A stretch of DNA of 64,000 bases from Nitrosopumilus sp. (GTDB lineage: Archaea; Thermoproteota; Nitrososphaeria; Nitrososphaerales; Nitrosopumilaceae): assembly GCA_965238275.1 (NCBI GenBank), contig OZ250186.1, positions 2,080,001 to 2,144,000 on the forward strand. The letters run 5' to 3'. The first letter of the stretch is position 1. Each line of letters opens with the position of its first letter. Positions 1-10,279 of this stretch are shown piece by piece. Both the position numbers and the translations under genes were made by a program. The notes beneath the pieces were generated by a model. That model made no database searches. It had not been told where the DNA came from and saw nothing but the letters and a program-made list of their open reading frames with translations.

Positions 1-1126
1 CAAGAAAGTCAAACGTGTCGCACCTGCACGGAGTCTCCAGTGTTTGGGAGACGCCCGGGGACACGTCGTCGCCCAGGACGAACCGCTTGACGGGCAGCCC
101 CCCCTCTGCCCGGACAGTCATGGTAAAGCCGGTCGCAGAGGTCTTCCGGTACCGCAGGGACGTAATTTTTTTCTCGGAGCGTTTTCCGGACTTGTCGTAG
201 ACTACCACGGGACGCCTTGGAATCTCCCGGAGTCTTCTGAGGAGTCTCGAGTCGACGTGGCCTGCCGTCACCCTTATCCTGATTACCGACTCGAATGAGA
301 CCGGTTTTGCCGGCGGCCTGCCGACCATTCTGAACCCGTCCACGGACACGGAATCGGACCGCACCAGGACAGACTCGGGGCTCCGCCGGAGGGGGTTCTT
401 TACCCGTATGAAGAACGGCCTCCCGCCCCCCAGCACCAGACTGGACTTGTCCTCCCCGCCTATCCACGTAAACTTGGCAGTGGCGCCCCCGATGCCCTCA
501 AAGACGCCTTTGGATATTATCCCCTCTACGCTGTCAAACTCGGATATTCCGTGGAGGCTGCAGGTCCGGCATCCCCGCCCGGAGCAGTTCTGGCACGGCT
601 TCTGTTTCTGGGGAATCCCCCTGACCCTCTTGACGTATCGCCCGTACAGCGTGACCGGCCTTGAGCGTATGTTGCACGACTCGTCCCTCAGGTTCAGCGT
701 GACGGTGACCTCCGGATTCAGACACTCGGATCCCTTCTGCGTCATTCTGGAGAAGGCCTTTGAGAGGTTCCGGGTGATGCCCGTCTTTATGCCGTCTGCC
801 CCCTTTAGCCGGTACCGGGACCGGATGTGGTCATCCCTGTCCATCATGGACGGCCTGAGAATCGCGCCCAGGCAGAACGTTGAAAACGAGTAACGCGACG
901 AGGCATCTGCCATCATGCCCAAAAGGCCGTCCACGTGATCAAACAGGCCCCGGCAGATGTGGCACCGGGAGCCCGAGTCCCGGTTTAGCCTCCTTCCAAG
1001 AAGCCGGTCAGAGGATAAGCGCATCTGTTTTGCAAAGAGCCTTCCCAGGCAGTAGTCGCACAGGTCGTACTCCTCCAGTATCATGCCGGCAGTGGCGGCT
1101 GCCTGCTGATAGTCAGGTGTCATCAT
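1..1126 (-). CDS. pus10: tRNA pseudouridine(54/55) synthase Pus10, 3' end runs off the window (absent from the ORF track)
   Basis: Manual translation from ATG at 1126: MMTPDY...LCDYCLGRLFAKQ...CHICRG...DRDDHIRSRYRLKG...AKFTWIGGEDKSSLVLGGGRPFFIRVKNP; follows srp54. Confidence 0.8.
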   Translation of the reverse strand, partial: MMTPDYQQAAATAGMILEEYDLCDYCLGRLFAKQMRLSSDRLLGRRLNRDSGSRCHICRGLFDHVDGLLGMMADASSRYSFSTFCLGAILRPSMMDRDDHIRSRYRLKGADGIKTGITRNLSKAFSRMTQKGSECLNPEVTVTLNLRDESCNIRSRPVTLYGRYVKRVRGIPQKQKPCQNCSGRGCRTCSLHGISEFDSVEGIISKGVFEGIGGATAKFTWIGGEDKSSLVLGGGRPFFIRVKNPLRRSPESVLVRSDSVSVDGFRMVGRPPAKPVSFESVIRIRVTAGHVDSRLLRRLREIPRRPVVVYDKSGKRSEKKITSLRYRKTSATGFTMTVRAEGGLPVKRFVLGDDVSPGVSQTLETPCRCDTFDFL

Positions 1127-1139
1127 GGTGCCGCGGGGG

Positions 1140-2468
1140 TTATCCCAGCCCCATCCGCCTGAGCGTGCCCTGCATCTGGCGCCCCTTGGAGGCCTTCATC
1201 AGGTTCTTGGAGAGTCTGTAGTTTTTGAGGAGGCTGTTGACGTCCCCTTCGGGCCATCCGGAGCCGCGGGAGATCCTCTTGAGCCGGGATCGCTTGATGA
1301 TGTCCGGGTTGGCCTTTTCCGGTTCAGTCATGCTCTGAATGATATAGCGCCATTTTACAACGTTGGTCTCCATCTGGCTCACGCGGTCGCCCTTTGCCAT
1401 CTCTGCAAATCCCGGCATGTTCTCAACGATCCCCTTCAGGGAGCCGGCCTTGGTAACCTCCTCCAGCTGGTAAAAAAAGTCGTCCATGTTCATCTTTCCG
1501 CTGGTGATCCTCTTCATCCTCACGTCATCCCCTTCAGACTCCAGCCGCTTTGCCAGGTCCAGGATTGCCTTGATGTCCCCCATTCCAAGAAGGCGCCCGA
1601 TGAATCTGGTGGGGGAGAACTTTTGGAGATCGTCTATCTTTTCTCCGGTACCTATGTACATCACGCGCGCGCCGGTCGCAGCAGAGGCTGCAAGCGCCCC
1701 TCCGCCCTTTGCAGAGCTGTCCAGTTTTGTGACGATCACGCCGCCCACGGGAATCGTCTTGTGGAACGCCTCTGCCTGGCTGTAGCACCGCCGTCCGATG
1801 GTGCCGTCTATTACAAGCAGCGCCAGATCCGGATCGGCTGCATTCTTGATTCGGACCATCTCGTCAAGCAGATCCTGCTCCTCCTTGTGGCGGCCTGCAG
1901 TGTCGATAAGAATGATCTCCAGCGGCTGTCCGGCAAAATGCTTCAGCCCCTTCCGGACGATATCCGGGGAGTCCTTGTTTTTTTCATCCCCGTACACCTC
2001 CACGTTGGATTTTTCGCACATCGCCCGAAGCTGGGCCAGCGCGCCCGGCCTGTAGGTGTCGGCCCCGATCACCCCGACCTTGTATCCCTGCCGGGTCAGG
2101 AACCGGGCAAGTTTTGAGGCGGTGGTGGTCTTGCCGCTGCCTTGGATTCCAAGCAGGATTATCTTGTTCTGCCTTCCCGGCTTGAAATCAAACTCAGAGT
2201 CGTTTCCCAGCAGGCTTGATAGCTCGTCATAGAGAATCTTGACTATGTGATCCTTTCGCGACAGGCCCGGGGGCGGGGTCTCATGCAGCGCGCGATCCTC
2301 AAGGCGCGCCGTAACATCCAGGACCAGCTTGTAGTCCACATCCGAGAGTATCAGCGCCCTTTGCACGTCCATTGCAAGATCCTTTATGAGGGCATCGTCT
2401 ATGCCGGATGAGCGCACGACCTTCCGGATTGCAGCACCCAGGCTGTCCCTTAGTCCGTCAAGCATCAT
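1140..2468 (-). CDS. srp54: Signal recognition particle GTPase SRP54
   Basis: GIQGSGKTT, DTYRPGA, DTAGRH, TKLDSSAKGGGAL motifs; Met-rich M domain. Confidence 0.97.
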   Translation of the reverse strand: MMLDGLRDSLGAAIRKVVRSSGIDDALIKDLAMDVQRALILSDVDYKLVLDVTARLEDRALHETPPPGLSRKDHIVKILYDELSSLLGNDSEFDFKPGRQNKIILLGIQGSGKTTTASKLARFLTRQGYKVGVIGADTYRPGALAQLRAMCEKSNVEVYGDEKNKDSPDIVRKGLKHFAGQPLEIILIDTAGRHKEEQDLLDEMVRIKNAADPDLALLVIDGTIGRRCYSQAEAFHKTIPVGGVIVTKLDSSAKGGGALAASAATGARVMYIGTGEKIDDLQKFSPTRFIGRLLGMGDIKAILDLAKRLESEGDDVRMKRITSGKMNMDDFFYQLEEVTKAGSLKGIVENMPGFAEMAKGDRVSQMETNVVKWRYIIQSMTEPEKANPDIIKRSRLKRISRGSGWPEGDVNSLLKNYRLSKNLMKASKGRQMQGTLRRMGLG

Positions 2469-3147
2469 AGTTCAATTCCGCATCAGCTATTTCAAACCTT
2501 CCTCGGTACCCGTCCCATACCTTTCGTGCACGGTTGATTCGGACGGGGTGTGAAAACAGCGGGCAGTCCGTCACAAACGTCTCTGCCTCCCCCCCCTCAA
2601 AGTTCATGTTGAAGCCAAACCGCCGGGAGAGATCCTCCAGTAGTGTGATGTCGGGGCCTGATATGGTCCTGCCCAGCCAGCCGTCATCCAGCCCGTCAGA
2701 TGATACTGCAGTTATGATAAAGACGAGGTTTGAGTCCAGCAGGCTGCGCATGTATCTCCCCGGGGGAATCCCCCACACCGGCGAGACAAGGCTCAGGTTG
2801 TGGCTCCCGCAGAGCGACTCAAACTTCTCCCTTTGAAACCTGCTCATTATTCCCCCATGGACCACACCCTGTATGCCAAACCTCGCCTTGGCATTCTCCA
2901 GCAGGTCCCCCAGCACCTCCAGCTCCGCATCCGTCCGGACAGACGCGGAGCGGGCACGCATCTGCGGCGTGTCCATGGACTCTGCCTGCAGCCGCGTCCA
3001 CGACAGGTTGGGATGGTGCAGCAGGTGGCTGTCTTCGGATTCTGGAAGGACAGTCAGCAGGCATGCCACGTCGTGCCCCTGCTCTTGTGCCAGGCATATG
3101 GCGTAGACGCTGTCCTTTCCTCCGGTAAACAGGGACGCCAGTTTCAT
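2458..3147 (-). CDS. dph6: Diphthine--ammonia ligase family ATP pyrophosphatase
   Basis: PP-loop FTGGKDS and EGGEAETFV motif. Confidence 0.85.
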   Translation of the reverse strand: MKLASLFTGGKDSVYAICLAQEQGHDVACLLTVLPESEDSHLLHHPNLSWTRLQAESMDTPQMRARSASVRTDAELEVLGDLLENAKARFGIQGVVHGGIMSRFQREKFESLCGSHNLSLVSPVWGIPPGRYMRSLLDSNLVFIITAVSSDGLDDGWLGRTISGPDITLLEDLSRRFGFNMNFEGGEAETFVTDCPLFSHPVRINRARKVWDGYRGRFEIADAELNYDA

Positions 3148-3241
3148 GATCCCAGGATCATTCCGTATTGAATGGGTGCCTCATCACTCATAATCCTCAT
3201 CAACACTCAGATGGCTTTTCCGCTCATCATCAGCACCCGTT

Positions 3242-3652
3242 CTAGTTTTTAATGCGCATGATTTTAGTCTTGTCCATTACAACCCAGTACTCTACATTCT
3301 GGCCGTTCTCCAGGTTCCCCCGCACGTCTACATCCACCAGGGTCACGTCGATGGTCTCAAAGGTCTCAGAGTCCATCACCTGCACGGTATCGCCGTTAAT
3401 CGAGATTATCTGGCCCAGCCTCTTGTTGATCATCGGGACGTGTATCTGCATGCTGACCGGGCCCACATGGGGTCGCTTCTGGCCGTCAAATATGCCCTCC
3501 CCCACAATCCTGGCCTTGGCCGCACCGTGCTTGCCGGGTTTTGAGGTGTCATACTCTACTATTCTGCATGGTTCTCCGCTTGGCTGATCAGAGTGCGGCA
3601 GCAGTATGTAGGATCCAATCTTCAGGGAGCCCAGGTCAGAAGGCTTACTCAT
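3242..3652 (-). CDS. eif5a: Translation factor aIF-5A
   Basis: Hypusine motif SKPGKHGAAK. Confidence 0.97.
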   Translation of the reverse strand: MSKPSDLGSLKIGSYILLPHSDQPSGEPCRIVEYDTSKPGKHGAAKARIVGEGIFDGQKRPHVGPVSMQIHVPMINKRLGQIISINGDTVQVMDSETFETIDVTLVDVDVRGNLENGQNVEYWVVMDKTKIMRIKN

Positions 3653-3687
3653 AAAGAGAACAGTTTTGAGCCGAATATTTAACCTTT

Positions 3688-4302
3688 CTACTTTAGCTGT
3701 TCAAGGATCGAGAGGCTCAGCATGTTGGTCATCAGCACCCCCTTCCTGTTGGCATCCCTTCTCGTATGCTCGCAGTACTTTTTGAGGCTCTGATGGCTCT
3801 TCTCGCTTGCAACCTCTACTACCACTATATTTTCAGAGTATGGAAACGTAAACTTTGAGGGGACCAAACAAAACGTCTCCATGCTTCCAAGTGCGGCCGC
3901 CGTGATCTTCTCCCTCTTGAGCAGAATGTTTGCAACGTCCTGAATGCCGTCATAATCATTGCCGTACTCTAGGTAGTAGACGGAGATAAAACCGGTGTCG
4001 CCTTCGGCATCCCTCTGGAAGAGATCCTCGTTGACGTTGAATACGAATGATGTCTTGCTCTGGTTGTGCCTTGCCATGTCGATTGAGATCTGCTGGCTGT
4101 CCTTGAATTTGGCCAAAAGGTAGTGGTTGGTCGAATCAGAAAAGTAGGGCTTGCTTTCGCTGGAGAATGTGGATGTGACAAAGAACAGTTTCTCGATGTT
4201 TGGCGAGTTGATCCAGGATTCGCTGAGTTCAGTTGATCGGCGGGTGTGAAGGTACGGGGCGCAGACGTATCCAAAATGGGCCAGCTTTAGTTCAGACGCC
4301 AT
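3688..4302 (-). CDS. Hypothetical protein
   Basis: 204-aa ORF with protein-like composition, same strand as neighbours; start uncertain. Confidence 0.65.
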   Translation of the reverse strand: MASELKLAHFGYVCAPYLHTRRSTELSESWINSPNIEKLFFVTSTFSSESKPYFSDSTNHYLLAKFKDSQQISIDMARHNQSKTSFVFNVNEDLFQRDAEGDTGFISVYYLEYGNDYDGIQDVANILLKREKITAAALGSMETFCLVPSKFTFPYSENIVVVEVASEKSHQSLKKYCEHTRRDANRKGVLMTNMLSLSILEQLK

Positions 4303-4354
4303 GTAGTTTGGGAATTTTGAAGCTATTTATGCTTATTTGTAGAGTGAGAAATAC

Positions 4355-5419
4355 TGTATTATACGGAAATTATGTCCGCTAGTCATTGGTATCCTCCTCC
4401 ATCCAATTTGAGTTCTCATTCCTGATCTCCTCGGTCGCTTTCTTGGCATGGAATGCCATGAGTGGGGTCTCGCGGTTGGCAATGTCCAGCGAAAAGTGCA
4501 GGCGTCTCTCGTTATAGTATTCGACGTACTCTGCCAGGCTCCTGCGGTGACATATTTCATCTTCAAGCGTCCTGTGAAACCGCTCAAGCTTGCCGTTGGT
4601 CTGGGGGTGGTACGGCCTGGAGTTTATCAGCCCTATGCTCAGGTCCAGCAGCTCTGCCTCAAAGGTGGTGGGCTGCCATGATCCGGAAGGCGCCTTCATT
4701 CTCTTGCCGTCCTTCCCCTTCACGTACCTGCCTGTAGCGCCCACAAAGCATGAGCCGTTGTCTGACAGGATGGTGGCAGGAACGCCGAACTGCCTGACTG
4801 CATCCCGGAGAACCTTCACAACGTTCTCGGACGTGGCCTCAGTAAACAGACCCACCCCGGTCACGCATCTTGACGCGTCGTCCAGAAAGGTCACCAGATT
4901 GAGCCCTTTCATGCGCGGATCCTTCATGACATGCCAGTCTGTGTGCCACATGGAGTTGGAATGCCTTCGTTCGTAGCGAACCCACTTTCGTTTTTTGGAC
5001 TTTGCCGCAGACGAAACCACCAGGCCGTTCTCCTTCATTATCCGGTATACCCTCTGGTAACCTATATCATGATTTACCTGCAGGTTCATGGCAGTGCGCA
5101 GCACGCCTTGCGGTTCCCGTCTGCATTCATCCAGCACAAGTCGTACTTCCTCTGGGGATGGTGGCCGTGCAGGCCGGCCGGGACGCTGCGGAGTGCCGGC
5201 AGTACGGAACACGGCCCGCAGCCTGCGGACATGTCTTGGCGTCACGCCGATCTCTGTTGCCACTTCCGTCGTGCCCCTGCCCTTGCCGAGCTGTGCCATC
5301 GCGTATCTGATGGACTTTGCCGTCAGTCGTTTTGCCATCGTTTTTCTTGATCGGTAAAGGACAAAGTAATCCTTTACGTAACGCTTGATCTTAGGCGGAC
5401 CTAATTTTCGTACAACAGA
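4355..5419 (-). mobile_element. IS481-family insertion sequence
   Basis: 25-bp imperfect TIRs (TGTATTATACGGAAATTATGTCCGC vs rc TCTGTTGTACGAAAATTAGGTCCGC, 20/25) flanked by identical GTAGAGTGAGAAATAC at 4339-4354 and 5420-5435. Confidence 0.85.
4379..5338 (-). CDS. IS481-family (rve) DDE transposase
   Basis: N-terminal HTH, WHTDW, LSDNG, PQTNGKLERFHRTL, YYNERRLHFSL; likely start MAKRL at 5338, since the longer ORF runs outside the element into a tRNA. Confidence 0.9.
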   Translation of the reverse strand: MAKRLTAKSIRYAMAQLGKGRGTTEVATEIGVTPRHVRRLRAVFRTAGTPQRPGRPARPPSPEEVRLVLDECRREPQGVLRTAMNLQVNHDIGYQRVYRIMKENGLVVSSAAKSKKRKWVRYERRHSNSMWHTDWHVMKDPRMKGLNLVTFLDDASRCVTGVGLFTEATSENVVKVLRDAVRQFGVPATILSDNGSCFVGATGRYVKGKDGKRMKAPSGSWQPTTFEAELLDLSIGLINSRPYHPQTNGKLERFHRTLEDEICHRRSLAEYVEYYNERRLHFSLDIANRETPLMAFHAKKATEEIRNENSNWMEEDTND

Positions 5420-5802
5420 GTAGAGTGAGAAATACGTACAAAAGCACGCACGGCCCGAATCGGCCGCATCTGACTGCCTTTTTTGGAGGCTCCGGCAGCA
5501 GTAACAACCCTCATGGGCGTGGTTCCCGTCGGATCCCCCTTCATGGCAGGGTGGTGCCGCCCGGCGGCCCGAATCCCCGCGCCCTTTGACGGGGTTTCCC
5601 GGAGCCATGCATTCCGGAGGATGTTGCGCAAGCCGGAGCGTGTCTGGGGATGCCAGTCTGCATTCTCTCCGAATCCGCATGGAGCCATGCCTGCGCGTGC
5701 CAGATGAGGACATACGCGGCGGCGGCGGCGGATTCTGCCAGTCCGGGACTTTGCAGACAAAAGTAGATAGTTTTTTAATAGCATTGATTCTTGTAAATTT
5801 GT

Positions 5803-5926
5803 CCCAAGCTAGCTCAGCCTGGTAGAGCTTCCGGCTGTAGTTGTCGGCTTCAGATGGCTGACCAGATAACAGCATGTCAGGCATACAGAAACCGGGTTGT
5901 CGAAGGTTCAATTCCTTCGCTTGGGA
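5803..5926 (+). tRNA. tRNA-Tyr(GTA) with about 50-nt intron at 37/38 (5841-5890)
   Basis: Acceptor CCCAAGC/GCTTGGG+A, D arm GCTC..GAGC, anticodon CT-GTA-G, T arm GAAGG-TTCAATT-CCTTC; CTGT/ACAG central helix of a BHB-like motif. Confidence 0.92.
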
Positions 5927-6062
5927 CTCACATATTTGGATTAACGGGTAGTACGGCCATCCCACGGAATGCCGTCTCCCGGCACAACATGTGTGCGTGC
6001 TGGAATATACATGAAAATAATAAAAAGATAGACTGAATTAAGAGATTCTAAAAATTTGTCGC

Positions 6063-6254
6063 CTATTCTGATTTTTTGACTTGTTGTGCTGCAGGTCCTT
6101 TTCTGCCTTCGCCTACTTCAAACTCGACTTTATCGCCTTCGTTGATAAATCCGTCAACGTCTGATTTGTGAACAAACAAATCGTCGCCGGATTCTCTCTC
6201 GATAAAACCAAAGCCCTTAGTACGGTTAAACCACTTTACGGTGCCTTGTTCCAT
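6063..6254 (-). CDS. csp: Cold-shock domain protein
   Basis: GTVKWFN, KGFGFI (RNP1), DLFVH (RNP2), KGPAA. Confidence 0.95.
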   Translation of the reverse strand: MEQGTVKWFNRTKGFGFIERESGDDLFVHKSDVDGFINEGDKVEFEVGEGRKGPAAQQVKKSE

Positions 6255-6551
6255 TTGATTTAGGAGAAAATCATGCTACATATTAAGTAGCTCATCAGGA
6301 TCGGATTCAAGTCCGATATGGGCACAAACATGGGATTGGCAGCGTTTACACCTATCCCTGACTGGACCAGAGGCATTTACAGGCCAGACGGTGACTTGCA
6401 TGACCGGTTCGGAGAGCGGCAGGCAGATACCCGGGCCAAAACCCGAAAGGGCGTCCATGCCTGCAGCCTGCCTTGGTGGTTTTGAGACGACATGCCCTGA
6501 TTTACCTACTTTCCCAATGGGATATCTTCAAGCATCCTGTTTTGGGATGCA

Positions 6552-6863
6552 TCAAAAGTCCTTGGGGATGTGGTTGTTTGCCTTCAGCCACTCCACCTGC
6601 GGGAGCGTGAACCGCCAGACGATGTCGCCCTTCTCGGCCTCGTTAAAGTCCCAAGGCGCGATAATCACAATGTCGTTGTCCCTTATCCAGACCCGCCTCT
6701 TGAGCTTGCCCCTTATCCTGCCGCGGCGGGTGATATTGTCAGTACACTTGATTAGAACATTCTCTCCTCCAAGCATCTTCAAAACCCTTCCAAACATCTC
6801 GCCCTCCTCGGGAAGACGAATCTCCTTTAAGGCACTCTCGCTTTTTACCTGTCTCTTACCCAT
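6552..6863 (-). CDS. eif1a: Translation initiation factor aIF-1A
   Basis: GRIRGKLKRRVWIRDNDIVIIAPWD, KGDIVWRF. Confidence 0.95.
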   Translation of the reverse strand: MGKRQVKSESALKEIRLPEEGEMFGRVLKMLGGENVLIKCTDNITRRGRIRGKLKRRVWIRDNDIVIIAPWDFNEAEKGDIVWRFTLPQVEWLKANNHIPKDF

Positions 6864-6955
6864 AACATTCAACATGGCAGTAAGCATATAACTTGTGGTA
6901 TTCCGGCGCGGCCTGCATGCAAGGGGTTTTATCCCATTATCAGGATGACTGACTT

Positions 6956-7516
6956 GTGGAATTCAGATGCGTGCAGGAATGCTCGCAGTGCTGTATCGAA
7001 AGGGAGTACTATCCAAGCAGAAGGTTTGGAAAGATAGGCGTCCTGATACTCCCAGAGGAGAAGGAGAGAATCCATAGCCTGGCAGCCGAGATGGGGACTG
7101 AGATCAGCATCCTGCCAAGGATCGGAATCTCACATACAGATGATCCGGCAACGATAGAGGTTCTGGCATACCAGCTGATGGGAAGGCACGATGACGGCAA
7201 CATGTGTCCGTTTCTGGATACGGAGAGCGGGGCAAAGTCGCCCCACATGGGGTATCCGTGCAGGATCTACGCCCGCAGGCCGCTTGCATGCATGGCCTAC
7301 CCGCTAAACGAACCGGAACCCATAGCGCTTGACGAAAAGTGCAAGTTCTGCAAGGAGCACGGGGCCGCGGATCGGAACCTGGAATCCGAGATGGAGGCGC
7401 TCCTGAAGATAAGGAGCGGCATGGAGACGCGTGCGCCGTTTGTCTGGCGGTTTGCCACAGGAGTCGGGGAGCCGGGTGTAGGGCTACTGAAGCCGGGCTG
7501 GGTCATGGAGAGATGA
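6956..7516 (+). CDS. YkgJ/CxxCxxCC cysteine-cluster protein
   Basis: CVQECSQCC, CPFL, CRIYARRPLACMAYP. Confidence 0.85.
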   Translation: MEFRCVQECSQCCIEREYYPSRRFGKIGVLILPEEKERIHSLAAEMGTEISILPRIGISHTDDPATIEVLAYQLMGRHDDGNMCPFLDTESGAKSPHMGYPCRIYARRPLACMAYPLNEPEPIALDEKCKFCKEHGAADRNLESEMEALLKIRSGMETRAPFVWRFATGVGEPGVGLLKPGWVMER

Positions 7517-7673
7517 TGATGATGACTGCAGGCTGTGCGGTTGGGCAGCAGCAGACGCCTCCGTACCGGCAGACAGATGTCCATGCCATCATGCAGATAT
7601 GTCACAGGTTGGACTTTTTCACGGCCTAAAGCCTCCGGCTATGAGTGCCTCCTTGCACCACACGCCCGTGCAG

Positions 7674-8732
7674 TCAGGATGCAGGATTGATTACGGCACG
7701 GCCGATGATGTTTCGGGCCTTGAGGTCATTCATGGCATCGTTGACATCATCAAGGGAGTACCGCCTAGAGATGACAGGATTGATCACCCCCTTTCTTGCA
7801 AGATCAAGAAGTTCCACCATGTCGTTGTAGTTTCCAGTGTATGCCCCCTGGATGGTGATTGATTTTAGCGGAATCGTCACAAGGGACAGCTCGATGGAGC
7901 CACCAAACAGCCCAACCAGGACAAGGTTGCCCCTCTTGCGCAACACAGACAGGGACATCTTTACGGTGGAAGGGGCATTGACAAAGTCAACGACGCCGTC
8001 TGCGCCCTTTTCATTGCATATTGAGATGATCTCCTTGGAGACGTCCGTATTCTTGGAGTTCAGGGTGTAGTCTGCACCCAGTTTCCTGGCCAGTTCCAGT
8101 TTCTTATCGCCATAATCGACACATATGATCTTGGCATCGGTGATGGCCTTTGCAATCTGTACCCCCATCAGCCCGAGTCCGCCTATTCCAACAAGCACCA
8201 GAAACTCAAGGGGTTTCTGGTTCACCTTCTTTATGGCAGTGTATGCCGTAAGCGCAGAACATGCAAGGGAGGTTGCAGAGTCAGGATCAACGCCGTCAAG
8301 CCTTGCAAGATACTTGTAGTCTGGAACCAGAACATGATCAGAGTATCCCCCGTCCTGAAACACCCCCATTGATCTTGGCGTATCGCACAGGTTTTCATTG
8401 CCGGCAAGGCACGCAGGACACTGCAGGCATCCCATCCACGGAAATACCAGAACCAGATCCCCGTTTGATATGCCAGAGACGTCACTGCCCACGGCATCAA
8501 CTGTTCCGACTACCTCATGGCCCGGCGTTACAGGATACTTTACGCCCCTGTCAGTAACCTTCATAAACTGACCGTCCCCGAGATCGTATCCCCCCTCCCA
8601 CAGATGCAGGTCGCTGTGGCAGACGCCTACCGACTTGACTTTGAGCAGAACCTGACGGCCCTTGGGCTGCGGGGTCTCGGATTCAGAAAGCGTGAGAGGC
8701 TCCTGGGGAGCCATGATCCGGGCGGATTTCAT
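7674..8732 (-). CDS. Zn-dependent alcohol dehydrogenase (MDR family)
   Basis: GVCHSDLH, PGHE, structural Zn CxxCxxC...C, GIGGLG; start MKSARI. Confidence 0.93.
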   Translation of the reverse strand: MKSARIMAPQEPLTLSESETPQPKGRQVLLKVKSVGVCHSDLHLWEGGYDLGDGQFMKVTDRGVKYPVTPGHEVVGTVDAVGSDVSGISNGDLVLVFPWMGCLQCPACLAGNENLCDTPRSMGVFQDGGYSDHVLVPDYKYLARLDGVDPDSATSLACSALTAYTAIKKVNQKPLEFLVLVGIGGLGLMGVQIAKAITDAKIICVDYGDKKLELARKLGADYTLNSKNTDVSKEIISICNEKGADGVVDFVNAPSTVKMSLSVLRKRGNLVLVGLFGGSIELSLVTIPLKSITIQGAYTGNYNDMVELLDLARKGVINPVISRRYSLDDVNDAMNDLKARNIIGRAVINPAS

Positions 8733-8826
8733 AGGATTACCTTTTGCAGCAACAATATAAGAGTTGACTGAAGATTGGAAAAAAATAGAGCAGCTACATA
8801 TTATTGAGTATCTGCCAGCGTATGGT

Positions 8827-9498
8827 GTGAGCAAACCCGGGATCCCCAGCAACATATCGCAGGATCCAGTCAACGTACTGTTCAGCCCGTCATCAGTTGC
8901 CAGAAAGGACGTCTGGGAGATTGACCTGATTCAGATACTGAACATGCTGGTAAAGATCCTTGAAAGGACGGGAAGGAAGGACCTGAAGGTTGCAGGAATG
9001 GCCGCCCTGTCCTCGTCACTCATCTACAGGATGAAGGTTGAGAGCATCTTTGCGCTGCAAAAGGCGGCGATGGAAAAAAAGCCCATGCGCCAGAGGACGG
9101 ATGTGGACATAGAACTCATAGACATGCCATACAGGCACGAGTCGACCTACCCGGTCTCGCTTGATGATCTGCTGGGCCTTCTCCAGAACCTCATCGGCAC
9201 GATTGCAAATCCGCAGTCAAGGAGGAGGCTGAACGTGGAGCCGGCAGAGCCGCCTGACTTTCAGGAATACTTTATTCCGCTTGAGAACATCATTGAAAAG
9301 TACGAGGACATGGTGATGAGGAAGATCGGGTCTGTCGGATCTGCAATGCTGCAGGATATCATTGCAGACCTTGACGGGATCGATTCCATCAGATGCTTCT
9401 TTGCCATACTGTTTCTGGCAAGGGACAAAAAGGCGGATCTGGAGCAGGTGGGCGACGACATCAAGATTACGGCGGCAATGGAGGAGGCTGCCGGATGA
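8827..9498 (+). CDS. scpA: Segregation/condensation protein ScpA (kleisin)
   Basis: DVWEIDL, FFAILFLA winged helix, upstream of scpB; start uncertain. Confidence 0.8.
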   Translation: MSKPGIPSNISQDPVNVLFSPSSVARKDVWEIDLIQILNMLVKILERTGRKDLKVAGMAALSSSLIYRMKVESIFALQKAAMEKKPMRQRTDVDIELIDMPYRHESTYPVSLDDLLGLLQNLIGTIANPQSRRRLNVEPAEPPDFQEYFIPLENIIEKYEDMVMRKIGSVGSAMLQDIIADLDGIDSIRCFFAILFLARDKKADLEQVGDDIKITAAMEEAAG

Positions 9499-9529
9499 CG
9501 GCATGCAGGTTCGAGGGGCAGGATAGAAA

Positions 9530-10102
9530 TTGGTAAGGGTTGAGGATGCAGTCACGGCCACGGCAAGGATAGAGGCGGCCCTGTACTCTGCAGGAAGGCC
9601 CCTGAAGGTGGAGGAGATTGTCAGGGCGTCAGGCACGGAGTCCAAGACAAGAACGCTGGATCTGCTAAACAAGATCATAAAAAAGACAAGAACCGCATTC
9701 AAGGCGCTTGAGATAGTCATGCTTCCTGACGGATCATACGTGTTTCAGCTAAAGCCCGAGTACAGTTCCACCGTAAAGAGATATGCATCAAAGCCCATCC
9801 TTCCAAATGCCACGCTAAAGACGCTGTCATACATTGCCTACAGCCAGCCGATCTCCTCCAAGCAGCTGACAGAGACGAGGGGGACCGGGGTGTATGCGCA
9901 CCTCAAGGAGCTGCGGCAGCTGAATTTTGTCGACAGCCAGAAGGTCGGCAGGCTGAGAATCTATACGACGACGACAAAGTTCCAAAAATACTTTGGGATT
10001 CAGGGCGATGTCGAGAGCCTAAAGCAGCGGCTTTTCTCCAAGGTAAAAGATACGGCAAGCATGATGCAGCAGACAAAACCCGCCGAGATCTCCCGGAACT
10101 AG
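9530..10102 (+). CDS. scpB: Segregation/condensation protein ScpB
   Basis: IEAALY, TLSYIAYSQPIS, YTTTTKFQKYFG. Confidence 0.92.
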   Translation: MVRVEDAVTATARIEAALYSAGRPLKVEEIVRASGTESKTRTLDLLNKIIKKTRTAFKALEIVMLPDGSYVFQLKPEYSSTVKRYASKPILPNATLKTLSYIAYSQPISSKQLTETRGTGVYAHLKELRQLNFVDSQKVGRLRIYTTTTKFQKYFGIQGDVESLKQRLFSKVKDTASMMQQTKPAEISRN

Positions 10103-10279
10103 GCCGCCGCCTCCTCCTCATCCTCCTCCTTCGTCTGCCCAAGACATGCCACGTCCCCGAATCCTACCGGGAGTCTGGATGCGGAATGGCCGCTGCCTGA
10201 CATGTTCATACTGGGGCATGCGCCAGTCAGATTCGTCGTCTACGTTTTGTATAAATTAGAGTGACTGGGATGTGCAATC

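Noticed and set aside
9-893. Short ORFs listed at the window start
   Set aside because: Shadows of the edge-truncated pus10 gene
5488-5606. 5S rRNA, SRP RNA or RNase P RNA assignment
   Set aside because: No conserved 5S loop C, SRP helix-8 or RNase P GAGGAAAGUCC motif seen; kept only as an unnamed candidate
5339-5965. About 200-aa N-terminal extension of the IS481 transposase in the ORF track
   Set aside because: Crosses the element's TIR/TSD and overlaps tRNA-Tyr antisense; chance open frame
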